Part shown: one piece after another, positions 8,072 through 17,395 of the stretch
Layout of the letters: the number at the start of each line of letters is the position of its first letter
Numbering within the stretch: the stretch's first letter is position 1
IMG/VR virus record: IMGVR_UViG_3300005683_000016
Span: 78,039 to 142,038 of that record
DNA: 64,000 nt
Direction: 5' to 3' (one strand)
From: a virus
Program-made: the position numbers and the translations under genes
The notes under the pieces: model-generated
The model's database searches: none
Told to the model about the DNA's origin: nothing
Seen by the model: only the letters and a program-made list of their open reading frames with translations

Positions 8072-8437
8072 ATGAAATATATCATTTTTCTATTATTTTT
8101 GCCTCTTACCTTAAGAAGTCAAAATACGACTTCTTATGAGTCCTACTTTCAGACTATTACTGACAACGAATCTGTAAACATCTATCACGTTAAAATGGTA
8201 ATTAAAGTGACAGATGATTACGTAGAAGTTCTTAGTGATGTAGAAAGCGAGTTTATGTCACTTGCTAAAGTTGAAGTAGAATGGCAATTAGGAACAGGAT
8301 TTTTAATGTCTGCTAATAAAGAACATACTGTGTTCTATTATCCTAAAATTAATAAACTTGTAATTATCAATTTAAACAATCAAACAGAAAGTATATTTTA
8401 TGGAAATATCCCAAAGTCCGTTGAAATCTCAAAATAA
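8072..8437 (+). CDS. Secreted hypothetical protein
   Basis: Bacteroidota-type signal peptide ending ...SQ. Confidence 0.6.
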   Translation: MKYIIFLLFLPLTLRSQNTTSYESYFQTITDNESVNIYHVKMVIKVTDDYVEVLSDVESEFMSLAKVEVEWQLGTGFLMSANKEHTVFYYPKINKLVIINLNNQTESIFYGNIPKSVEISK

Positions 8438-8465
8438 TAAATTTAGAATTTATTAAAAATTGTCA

Positions 8466-8473
8466 TACTTTTG
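8466..8473 (+). promoter_or_regulatory. Bacteroidota housekeeping -7 promoter element upstream of LAGLIDADG gene
   Basis: TACTTTTG matches TAnnTTTG. Confidence 0.6.
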
Positions 8474-8581
8474 TTCTGCTTTTGTAATATCAGTAACACA
8501 AAATAATAATTATATAGCCACACTCAAGGTATTACCAGGCTGGTATTACAAAAGCACTTGAGATGTGGCTTTTTATTTATT

Positions 8582-9523
8582 ATGAAGATTAAAAGTTGGA
8601 CAGTAGAACAGTTAAAGTTATTAAAAAATCATTATGCGGACTCTAATATAAGTATAAAGGAGTTAAGCAAACTCATTGGTAGATCAGAACAGGCTATTAT
8701 CCAAAAGGCTTGTAAATTAAAAATTCATAGATTTAGTCAAATTAAGGATAGTAGTATAGAATTTTTAAAAAATAATTATCATAATTTACAAATACCTCAT
8801 AAAATCTTTGAAGCAGAGATTGGAAGGAGTTGGCCCACCATATTACTGCTTGCAAAAAGTTTAGGATTAAAGCGGACTATTTCTTATACACCCAACTCTA
8901 ATTATTTTAATAGTATTGACTGTTGGGAAAAATCTTACATAATAGGATTATTTTGGGCTGATGCGCATAATAGTATTATAGAAAATAGAATTTCAATAGG
9001 ATTACAGGAGCAAGATAAGCATATTCTCGAATCAATCAATAATATCATACAAAAAGATACACCTTTAATGTTTAAACCTGGTAGAATAGCGAAAGGTTAT
9101 AGACAAAAAAGTAAAAATCAATATGTTCTTAGAATAAGAGACAAAACAATTTCTCAGAAACTGTTAGAATATGGAATGACTTCGAATAAAACTAAAACTT
9201 TAAAATTTCCAACTTGTATCCCTGATCAATTTCTTTCTGCTTTTATCTTAGGTTATTTTGATGGAGATGGGTGTATTTATTTAGGTAAGAAATGTAGTAA
9301 TAAAGTATCTATTTGTGGGACTCTAAGTATGTTAACGGAAATAAAGAGGATATTAATTGAAAACTGTAATGTATCTGATGTTAAAATCAGACAAGTAGGA
9401 AATATATACGACATTGCTTGGAGTAAAAAAGAAGATTTAAAAAATATTAGAAGTTTTTTATACTCAAATGCTACTTTATATTTACAACGAAAATATAATA
9501 AATTTCATTCTATAGAAAATTAA
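8582..9523 (+). CDS. Free-standing LAGLIDADG homing endonuclease
   Basis: YIIGLFWADA and FILGYFDGDG motifs; N-terminal helical repeats; likely ATG at 8582. Confidence 0.9.
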   Translation: MKIKSWTVEQLKLLKNHYADSNISIKELSKLIGRSEQAIIQKACKLKIHRFSQIKDSSIEFLKNNYHNLQIPHKIFEAEIGRSWPTILLLAKSLGLKRTISYTPNSNYFNSIDCWEKSYIIGLFWADAHNSIIENRISIGLQEQDKHILESINNIIQKDTPLMFKPGRIAKGYRQKSKNQYVLRIRDKTISQKLLEYGMTSNKTKTLKFPTCIPDQFLSAFILGYFDGDGCIYLGKKCSNKVSICGTLSMLTEIKRILIENCNVSDVKIRQVGNIYDIAWSKKEDLKNIRSFLYSNATLYLQRKYNKFHSIEN

Positions 9524-9527
9524 CTAT

Positions 9528-10250
9528 ATGAATAATCTAATAACAATCAACGTTATCACATATAATGAGTCTGTAATGATTCAGTTTTTTATTGACCATT
9601 ACAGAAAAATGTTTCCTGATTGCAGAATCAGAGTATACGATAATTATTCTACAGATAATACGGTAGAGATTGCTTTAGCCAATAATTGCGAAGTAATACC
9701 TTATGATTCTGGTAATGAAATTAGAGATGATATTTATATTGATATAAAAAATAATTGTCACAAGTATTGTAATACTCCTTTTGTCTTTATTGGAGATTGT
9801 GACGAAATAGTATTTATAACTCAAGAACAGTTATTAAAAGAGCAAGAAAAAGGTACAACTGTTATTTCTTTTGAGGGGTGGAATATGATAACTATGAGTG
9901 ATGATCCAGACATTATTGATTTAGATTTACATTGGGCCTCTCGTGCTTCGCAGTATGACAAAATTTACATATACAATAGAGAAGAGATTTCTCATGTAAG
10001 TTATAGTGCGGGAGCACATTTTTGTGCTTTAACTGGTAATGTAAAATATAGTGAACACTTTTATTTAATGTGTCATTTTAAAGCCCTTGGTTTAAATTAT
10101 ATGATTAATCGTCACACAGAATTCGGTAAGAGACTTAGTAAACAAAATTTAGTTGCTGGACATGGTATACACTACCTTGATAGCGAACAACAGATTAGGA
10201 ACAATTGGAAGTTTTATCAAACTCATCCAGATTTAGTTAAAGTGCTATGA
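9528..10250 (+). CDS. Glycosyltransferase family 2-like
   Basis: ITYNE, YDNYSTDNT and DCDE (DxD) motifs. Confidence 0.85.
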   Translation: MNNLITINVITYNESVMIQFFIDHYRKMFPDCRIRVYDNYSTDNTVEIALANNCEVIPYDSGNEIRDDIYIDIKNNCHKYCNTPFVFIGDCDEIVFITQEQLLKEQEKGTTVISFEGWNMITMSDDPDIIDLDLHWASRASQYDKIYIYNREEISHVSYSAGAHFCALTGNVKYSEHFYLMCHFKALGLNYMINRHTEFGKRLSKQNLVAGHGIHYLDSEQQIRNNWKFYQTHPDLVKVL

Positions 10251-10894
10251 TAACTTTTTGTATTACTTCTTGCGGAAGATGGAAATTACTCGAACAAACT
10301 TTAGATTCGTTTTTAAAGTTAAATATGTTTCCTATCGAGAAATTTATCCTCAATGAAGATAGTGGAGACACAGGAATTGTAAAGAGGATTTTGGATAAAT
10401 ATGGGGATAAATTTCACATTATTCGAAGTCCTAAAAACCAAGGACTACTTAAATCTGCTGACAATCTAATGTCCTTGGTAGATACACCGTATGTATTTTG
10501 GGCAGAAGATGATTGGTTATTTCAAGGAAACTCTAATTTCATTCAGGAATCTTTGCAAATCTTATCTACAAGAGAAGACATTCATCAGGTATGGATAAGA
10601 TCAGGTATTCCTAAAGACTGGCTTGAAACAGAGGATTTAGGAGGGTTTAGAATGGTTAAAGATTGTCATTTTGGAGATTGGTGCGGATTTAGTTTCAATC
10701 CCGGTCTTCGAAGACTTAGAGATTACAAAATAATGTTTCCTCAAGGATATAATGCTTTAAACACTCATGGAACAAACTCTGCTCTTAATGAACACGAATG
10801 TAACCAAGTAGCATCTACTTTTGGTTACAGAGCAGCAATTTTAAACAATCCTTCTTGCCAACACATAGGAGAAGGTAAATCAACGTACAAATGA
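10247..10894 (+). CDS. Glycosyltransferase family 2-like
   Basis: ITSCGR, EDSGD, WAEDDW and C-terminal HIG motifs. Confidence 0.85.
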   Translation: MITFCITSCGRWKLLEQTLDSFLKLNMFPIEKFILNEDSGDTGIVKRILDKYGDKFHIIRSPKNQGLLKSADNLMSLVDTPYVFWAEDDWLFQGNSNFIQESLQILSTREDIHQVWIRSGIPKDWLETEDLGGFRMVKDCHFGDWCGFSFNPGLRRLRDYKIMFPQGYNALNTHGTNSALNEHECNQVASTFGYRAAILNNPSCQHIGEGKSTYK

Positions 10895-11421
10895 TTGATA
10901 TACATAATGCCTATGTAATGAAGCATGGAAACAAAGTCTGTATTGTTACTTTTATGGATGCAGATAGATTTCCTGTTAATTTTAGTCACGGGTTTGTAGA
11001 ATGTACTACTCAGACAAATATTTATTCAAATATGCTTCCATACATTACAGTTAATGTAGACACTTTAATTGATGCAGATGAATGGGGACTTAAAACAGAT
11101 GGAATGCCGTGTAAAGGAGCAGGTCTTATTGGAATTGTTACCCGTGCGTTATTTTATATGAAACGAGTAAAAGGATTTCTTGGAGGAATTTTGTATGAAG
11201 AAAAAATTATCAATATGATTGATACAAATATCAAAGAGTTTTGTCGGGTAGTAATTCGAATAAATGAGATAAATGAATACTTAGATAAAGAAAAAGAATC
11301 TTTTTATGACGGAAGACACTCATTTGAAGAGGTTTATTCAAATTCGATTAATGAATTAAAAGATTTACAAAAAGAGTTTCTTTTTGTATTTACAGTGCTT
11401 AAAATAAAGACAGCAAATTAA
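10891..11421 (+). CDS. Hypothetical protein
   Basis: Translationally coupled ORF. Confidence 0.55.
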   Translation: MIDIHNAYVMKHGNKVCIVTFMDADRFPVNFSHGFVECTTQTNIYSNMLPYITVNVDTLIDADEWGLKTDGMPCKGAGLIGIVTRALFYMKRVKGFLGGILYEEKIINMIDTNIKEFCRVVIRINEINEYLDKEKESFYDGRHSFEEVYSNSINELKDLQKEFLFVFTVLKIKTAN

Positions 11422-11777
11422 TGACTGAATTAAAATTTTATAGATACGACTCTGTAGAATATGCTTCATTAGACTTTGATGGAGACGCTATAGTTCCTCC
11501 TTTTCCAAATCCTACAATAGAATTGCGTACATTTGATCTATTTAAAGAAACTTCAAAAGGATATTGGATTATTTCAAGTGGTTTAAAATTTTTCTCTCGA
11601 TACAAGAAATGGGTATCTAAAACTGCTAAAAAAAGATATGCTTATCCTTCTAAAAAAGAAGCATTGAACAGTTTTATTAAACGAAATCAAAGAAGATTAG
11701 AAATACTTGAAAGACAACTTGAATTGTGTAAGGCAAACTTAGCAAAAGCAGAACTCATAAAAACGGACGATAATTAA
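11421..11777 (+). CDS. Hypothetical phage protein
   Basis: Coupled ORF with C-terminal coiled coil. Confidence 0.6.
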   Translation: MTELKFYRYDSVEYASLDFDGDAIVPPFPNPTIELRTFDLFKETSKGYWIISSGLKFFSRYKKWVSKTAKKRYAYPSKKEALNSFIKRNQRRLEILERQLELCKANLAKAELIKTDDN

Positions 11778-11805
11778 TGTTTAAAGTAAAAATCTATTAT
11801 GAAAA

Positions 11806-11988
11806 ATGAGCAATAAAAAAATATTTATTATTCTATTTATAACCCTACTTGTAATAGGACTCTGGTTTGTTCCTTTACTTGGATTTAAAGTTGTTTACGG
11901 TACATGGGGATTACTGTATGTTCCTATTTTTATAATTAATATGATGTGGTTTTCATACCTAACAGAAGTCTTAAAGCAAGTAGAATGA
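11806..11988 (+). CDS. Small membrane protein
   Basis: Two TM segments. Confidence 0.55.
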   Translation: MSNKKIFIILFITLLVIGLWFVPLLGFKVVYGTWGLLYVPIFIINMMWFSYLTEVLKQVE

Positions 11989-12935
11989 AAGATAAACGAG
12001 TATTAGTTACTGGAATAGGATCTATAGGATCTGAGGTTGTTCGACAAATTTGTTTTAATGGAGCAGATACTGTTATTCTATTTGATAGAAACGAGGAGAA
12101 AATCTTTTACCTTGAAAGAGAGATCAATAAAGACTATCCTAATATCAAAGTAATCCCTCGAATAGGATCAATTACTGACAAGAAGAGAGTGGATATGATA
12201 TTTGAGGAAACTCGGCCTCAAATAGTTATTCACACAGCAGCAATGAAACACGTTCCCCTTTGTGAGGAAAACCCTCACGAATGTATTATTAATAACGTAG
12301 GAGGAACTAAAAACTTAGTTGAAGTTTCAGTTAAATACAATGTGGAGCAATTCTTTTTCATCTCTACAGATAAGGCAGTGCAACCCATATCTGTAATGGG
12401 TATGAGTAAACGGTTATGTGAGTTATTTATTATGTCTATTTGGGACAGATACTTAACTAAATTTACTATTGTAAGATTTGGTAATGTATATGGATCAAGT
12501 GGTAGTGTAATTGAAATATTTAAAAAACAACTTCCCACAGGAGTTCTTACAGTAACTCATCCAGAAATGGAACGTTACTTTATTAGTGTAGAAGAAGCAG
12601 TTTACAAGTTGATTAGAATTAAAGAGTCTGGACTATATGTTCTCAATATGGGAAAACCAGTAAATATTTTCAATCTTGCTAATCAACTAATAGAAGCATC
12701 TGGTAAACCCTGTAAAATAGAAATTACTGGAATAAGGCCCGGTGAAAAACTTAAAGAAAAACTTTTGTATAATTATGAAGTTTCCAACAATAATAAAGAT
12801 GTAATGCGAATAGCAAACACATATCCTTTTAATAAAGGAGATGATTATTTAAACATCTGTCTTCTAATAAATGATTGTGATAATATGAGTAAAGAAAACC
12901 TATTGATTGAAATAGACGAGATTATCAATGGATAA
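11985..12935 (+). CDS. CapD/PglF-like nucleotide-sugar 4,6-dehydratase (extended SDR)
   Basis: VLVTGIGSIGSE, HTAAMKHVP, STDKAV, MGMSK, VRFGNVYGSSGSV and RPGEKL motifs; likely start 11985. Confidence 0.92.
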   Translation: MKDKRVLVTGIGSIGSEVVRQICFNGADTVILFDRNEEKIFYLEREINKDYPNIKVIPRIGSITDKKRVDMIFEETRPQIVIHTAAMKHVPLCEENPHECIINNVGGTKNLVEVSVKYNVEQFFFISTDKAVQPISVMGMSKRLCELFIMSIWDRYLTKFTIVRFGNVYGSSGSVIEIFKKQLPTGVLTVTHPEMERYFISVEEAVYKLIRIKESGLYVLNMGKPVNIFNLANQLIEASGKPCKIEITGIRPGEKLKEKLLYNYEVSNNNKDVMRIANTYPFNKGDDYLNICLLINDCDNMSKENLLIEIDEIING

Positions 12936-13072
12936 AGAAATTTTAATTCTGGCTGAAAGATTAGCAACAGTGACCCAACGTGTATTATCTGCTAATATAT
13001 GTAACTTAAGTTACAGATTATTTGAATTAGAACAAGCATTAAACGAATACAATAAAATAATAGAAATAAGTA

Positions 13073-13645
13073 ATGAAAGCAAAAATCAGTAAAACTGGAT
13101 ATTGGGAAGGAGATAAAGCCCATATTCACCATGCGCATTCTAAAGAATTGGCAGAGTACATTACCACTATTTTACGAGGTGCAGAAAACGATCCTATTTA
13201 TGATTTAGGTTGTGGACAAGGATATTATCTTAAACACCTTGAAGACAACGGGTTTAAATATCTCCTCGGATTTGAGGGAGAAGTTCCTGCTAAAAAATTC
13301 TTTATCAATATTATTCAGCAAGATCTTGCTCAAGACTTAGATATTCCTGTTAAAGGACATGTCATTTGTCTTGAAGTTCTTGAGCATATTCCTCAAGAAT
13401 ATGAAAAAAAAGTCGTTAACAACATTAAAGATGCAATAGGATTAGATTGTCTGTTAATTCTTTCTTGGGCTGTAGAAGGTCAAGAGGGTTATGGACACGT
13501 TAACTGTCGTAACAATGATTATGTTATTGATTTGTTTGAGCGTAAAGGATTTAAATACTTACCCTATCTTTCTAACAAAGCACGAGAATCAGTAGGTGAT
13601 GATACTCCTTGGTTTCGTAACACTCTAATGATTTTTAAAAAATGA
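13073..13645 (+). CDS. Class I SAM-dependent methyltransferase
   Basis: DLGCGQG, CLEVLEHIP and GHVNC motifs. Confidence 0.88.
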   Translation: MKAKISKTGYWEGDKAHIHHAHSKELAEYITTILRGAENDPIYDLGCGQGYYLKHLEDNGFKYLLGFEGEVPAKKFFINIIQQDLAQDLDIPVKGHVICLEVLEHIPQEYEKKVVNNIKDAIGLDCLLILSWAVEGQEGYGHVNCRNNDYVIDLFERKGFKYLPYLSNKARESVGDDTPWFRNTLMIFKK

Positions 13646-14229
13646 GATATTTAGCAAGACTGTTTAAGTTTCATTGGATGCTTTTTAGAAAGCATAATAA
13701 AAGCATCTGGAGTAGGGAGAGTGTTTCGGAGTTGAACATACCTATTCCTTGGTATACTTATGGAGCCATTTACTTCTTAATGAGGATAAATGCCGAGAAT
13801 ATATTTGAATACGGCTGTGGAAACTCTACTCTTTTTTGGAGTAAAAGATGTAAAAATCTTTACTTTGTAGAGCACGATTCCAAATGGTTTGAAAAAATCA
13901 TAGAAAAGTGTCCAAAAAACGTAGAGGGATACGAAACCTCTAATTTGAGTGTGGCTTATCCAAACTCGATCTCTATACCAGAGAAAAAGTTTGACATGAT
14001 AATAATTGACGGAGAAGAAAGAATGAGATGTGCAGCGGTCTGTATTCCTTACCTTTCTGAAAATGGAGTAATCGTTCTTGACAACTCCGACAGATTTCTC
14101 GAAGTATCTTTTTTCCTACAAGGAGAAGGATTTGTAGAAATTCCTTTTAAGGGTATTGGGCCTATCAATGAGTATGAGTGGACTACCAGTGTGTTTGTTA
14201 AGAACCTTAATTTATGGAAGATAGCATAA
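13642..14229 (+). CDS. Class I SAM-dependent methyltransferase (glycan-locus type)
   Basis: PWYTY, FEYGCGNST, VEHD, IIIDG and VLDNSDR motifs. Confidence 0.85.
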   Translation: MRYLARLFKFHWMLFRKHNKSIWSRESVSELNIPIPWYTYGAIYFLMRINAENIFEYGCGNSTLFWSKRCKNLYFVEHDSKWFEKIIEKCPKNVEGYETSNLSVAYPNSISIPEKKFDMIIIDGEERMRCAAVCIPYLSENGVIVLDNSDRFLEVSFFLQGEGFVEIPFKGIGPINEYEWTTSVFVKNLNLWKIA

Positions 14230-14230
14230 T

Positions 14231-15874
14231 ATGTACAGAATTCTTGCTATAGGAAAGATGAAAGGAGGTTCGGTTTATCACAGACTGAACCTTCTAAAGT
14301 ATTCTAACTATTCGGTAGACTTTGTTGATCAAATGGATATACAACTGGTTCAAAAGTATGACCTTTTGTATATCCGTCAAAGTAATGTAAAGGCTGCTAC
14401 TTTAAGTATGTGGCAGTCTTTGTTTGGACTTAAGATAATTGTAGATAGGGACGATTCTTTTATTATTCCTAAAGATTACCCTAACAAACACTTGTTTAAA
14501 GATCAAGAAGATCTCAAAGATTTACTTAGAGTAGCAGATTGTGTAACTACTACTACGGAGTTCTTAAAGAAAGAATTCTTAGAATACAACGAGAACGTAC
14601 AAGTGATTCCTAATCGAATCCCTTATGGGAGGGAACAGTTTCAGATTAACCCTGAAACCAAAGAGCAATTTATGTCTCGTAAGATTCGAGTAGGATTGGT
14701 GGGATCATTCTATCACCATCAAGATTGGTTTTCAATTAAGGGTTGGTTGATGACCCTTACGCGAAATCAGTGGTTTCGAGAAAATTGTGAGTTTTTGTTG
14801 TGTGGATATGACGAATCTACCAAACTATTCTGGAAAGATCTTGAATCTTTGGGAAGATTAGTTAACGCAAGAAAAGATGTTACTGACTATATAAGTCTTT
14901 ATAACAATCTGGACATAATTCTCTGCCCTCTTAAAGATAATCACTTTAACAGAGCCAAGTCTTCACTTAGAATAATGGAGGCAGGAGTTTCTAACTCTTT
15001 GTGTCTATTGAGTCCTTTATACAAAGAGAAGGGAGATTTTCCTGACTGTGGACACATTTACATTAACGAAGAGAAAGAATGGTTTACCAAAACTCTTGAA
15101 GTCTGTCAGAATAAAGAGTTGTTGTGGAACCTAAAGAGCGAAACTGGTGTAAAAGCAAGGGAAGTCCTTTTTACTAATACAATAGAATTGAGAGATTCTC
15201 TTATTGACTTTGTTATTTATCTTCCAAAAGATGAAATAACCAACAACCTTTACACTATCAGATATTCTCAAGAACAACCTTATGAGTACATCCCCGTACT
15301 CAATAAGATCAAAACCGTTGAACAAAAGAGTTGGAGATTTGAGTACAATATTATCATCAACTTAATCAATGATGTTGATAATAACAAACAATGGACAGGG
15401 TTTTTCTCTTGGAAGTTTCCTATCAAGACTCATCTTTTTAGAAAGAAGGTAGAGAAAATCTTAGATGAGAAATACGACTGTATCAATTTTTGTAGACCTT
15501 TAAAAGATCCTTACTTAAAGTTTACAGAAAGAGCACATCCTGGATTTATGAATCTTTTTAAATTGATTTGTAAAGACTTGAACCTTCCTGTGAGTGAACC
15601 TAAGAACATAATTTATTCTAATTTTTTTGTACTTAAAACTCCATTATATAAAAGGTACGTCCAAGAAGTTTTAATTCCTGCTCTCTATCTCTTAGAAGGT
15701 AAGTATTGGAACTGGGCAAACAAAGATGCTCAGTATAAATCAGGACTTCCTTCCGATAAACTTAAAATGTACACAGGGTTAGAATATTATAATTTTGTAA
15801 CTTTTATCTGTGAACGTCTTATAGGACAGTGGATTGAGAAAAATAATATCAAAACATTAAACTGTTTTAAATGA
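14231..15874 (+). CDS. Two-domain glycosyltransferase (GT-B/GT4-like N-terminus, second glycan-enzyme-like C-terminus)
   Basis: DRDD, PLKDNHFNRAKSSLRIMEAG (GT4-like); C-terminal YSNFFV...FICERL. Confidence 0.75.
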   Translation: MYRILAIGKMKGGSVYHRLNLLKYSNYSVDFVDQMDIQLVQKYDLLYIRQSNVKAATLSMWQSLFGLKIIVDRDDSFIIPKDYPNKHLFKDQEDLKDLLRVADCVTTTTEFLKKEFLEYNENVQVIPNRIPYGREQFQINPETKEQFMSRKIRVGLVGSFYHHQDWFSIKGWLMTLTRNQWFRENCEFLLCGYDESTKLFWKDLESLGRLVNARKDVTDYISLYNNLDIILCPLKDNHFNRAKSSLRIMEAGVSNSLCLLSPLYKEKGDFPDCGHIYINEEKEWFTKTLEVCQNKELLWNLKSETGVKAREVLFTNTIELRDSLIDFVIYLPKDEITNNLYTIRYSQEQPYEYIPVLNKIKTVEQKSWRFEYNIIINLINDVDNNKQWTGFFSWKFPIKTHLFRKKVEKILDEKYDCINFCRPLKDPYLKFTERAHPGFMNLFKLICKDLNLPVSEPKNIIYSNFFVLKTPLYKRYVQEVLIPALYLLEGKYWNWANKDAQYKSGLPSDKLKMYTGLEYYNFVTFICERLIGQWIEKNNIKTLNCFK

Positions 15875-16516
15875 TAGGTAAATATACTGATGTTGAGTTT
15901 ACATCTATATGTCAAAAAGCACCTTGGTATCATATAGATTACATTAAAAAAACTGCTGTTGTTCAATATGGGAAAAACACTTTAAACTATTATAAACAAG
16001 AATCGGATTATAATTGGACTAATTATGCGTGTAGAACAAAGTAAATTTACTATAAAAAAGATAATTGAAGAGTTAGAAAAAAGACCCACCTTTTATCAGA
16101 AAAAAAAATTTTTAAAAGAACACAATTTTAAAATTTATCAAGGTTATAGTAGAGCAGTTATTCAGGTAAGTAAACATAAGGTTTTAAAAATAGCAAAAGA
16201 CAACGAAGATGTTTTTCAGAATAGACAAGAAGTAGAAAATTGGGTTTACGGTACTAAAAAACAACGCAAATATTTAGCAACAATTTATAGTTATGATAAT
16301 AATTATAAATGGTTACTTATGGAGAAAGTAAAACCTTGTAAACGCAGTACTTCGGAAAAACTTATAAGAGAAAATAATAACTTACATAACATTTTTTGGC
16401 ATGAATTAGACGCAGACCCTTGGGAAACAGTGCGTCAATGTGGTTTTAACAAAAGAGGAAAACTAAAAGTATATGATTACGGTTATTAACTAACATATTA
16501 AACTGTTTTAAATGAT
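15856..16516. repeat. 20-bp direct repeats flanking a kinase module
   Basis: ATTAAACTGTTTTAAATGAT at 15856-15875 and 16497-16516. Confidence 0.85.
16025..16489 (+). CDS. Minimal protein kinase-like protein
   Basis: QGYSRAV, VLKIA, QNRQE, WLLME and VYDYG motifs. Confidence 0.7.
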   Translation: MRVEQSKFTIKKIIEELEKRPTFYQKKKFLKEHNFKIYQGYSRAVIQVSKHKVLKIAKDNEDVFQNRQEVENWVYGTKKQRKYLATIYSYDNNYKWLLMEKVKPCKRSTSEKLIRENNNLHNIFWHELDADPWETVRQCGFNKRGKLKVYDYGY

Positions 16517-16739
16517 TGAACAAAAATTAGATTTTGAGCGCATCACTTTTTCTGATGAATTCAACACAGAAATAGCTGTTGGAATTGATTACCTTAGTAA
16601 AGAGGCTGAATTCATAACATCCAAAACGACATATAGAATACCTACTCACACAGGTACAATCTTAGCATTTAAACAAGAAATATCATTACTTTTAGTAGTA
16701 ATCAAAACTGTTGAACAAAAATTAAATAATGTAGAATGA
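16512..16739 (+). CDS. Hypothetical protein
   Basis: ORF in operon. Confidence 0.5.
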   Translation: MIEQKLDFERITFSDEFNTEIAVGIDYLSKEAEFITSKTTYRIPTHTGTILAFKQEISLLLVVIKTVEQKLNNVE

Positions 16740-17215
16740 AAAAACTTTTCTTTTTAGTATTGCTCGTACCTTTTATTTCGTGTCAACCAGATACGATTTC
16801 TCGTCAAGTTGTAGTTCCTGCTACTCTTGAAACAGTTAAAACCCATCAAGAAGGGTTTAACGTAGTAACCACTCTACAACTTCTTAAAGATAGTGTATCT
16901 GTTTGGAGTAACTGTAAGATCGTTCAAGATGAGGTTATGTCTGATAAGACAGACTTCATTCATAAAGTAGATCGTACAGTATGCTCTAAGTACGAAGGAA
17001 TTTATTACGCTTACAAAGGTGTTCTTATTGCTGAAATGAACGGTACTCAGACTCCTTTGGAAATCGTATTTATTTCCAAGTCCTTGCTCGGTAAAGAAGA
17101 TTTGATTGATGACGGTATCGGAACTTATGTTAAAGTTCGTGCTGTTCAAGATTTTGAACTAACAAATTGGCCTTCTAATACCAGTGATAAAATCTTTGTA
17201 TATGAAGAAAATTAA
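16736..17215 (+). CDS. Putative lipoprotein
   Basis: MKKLFFLVLLVPFISC lipobox-like signal. Confidence 0.65.
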   Translation: MKKLFFLVLLVPFISCQPDTISRQVVVPATLETVKTHQEGFNVVTTLQLLKDSVSVWSNCKIVQDEVMSDKTDFIHKVDRTVCSKYEGIYYAYKGVLIAEMNGTQTPLEIVFISKSLLGKEDLIDDGIGTYVKVRAVQDFELTNWPSNTSDKIFVYEEN

Positions 17216-17395
17216 TTGGTTAAGAGTAAGTGCTTGGTGTATTGGATTGCTGTTGGTAGGAATTTATATCAATGGCTGCACCAAGAAATACAAAGCAGAG
17301 AAAGAGCATCAAACTATTGATGCTAAAAAAGCATACAGAATTACTATTAAAAGGGCTATGAATATGGCTCGAAAATAAAAAACAATTTTAATCCG

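Noticed and set aside
8582-9523. Intron around the LAGLIDADG or the free-standing GIY-YIG genes
   Set aside because: No P7 R/S elements nearby and the flanking genes are complete.
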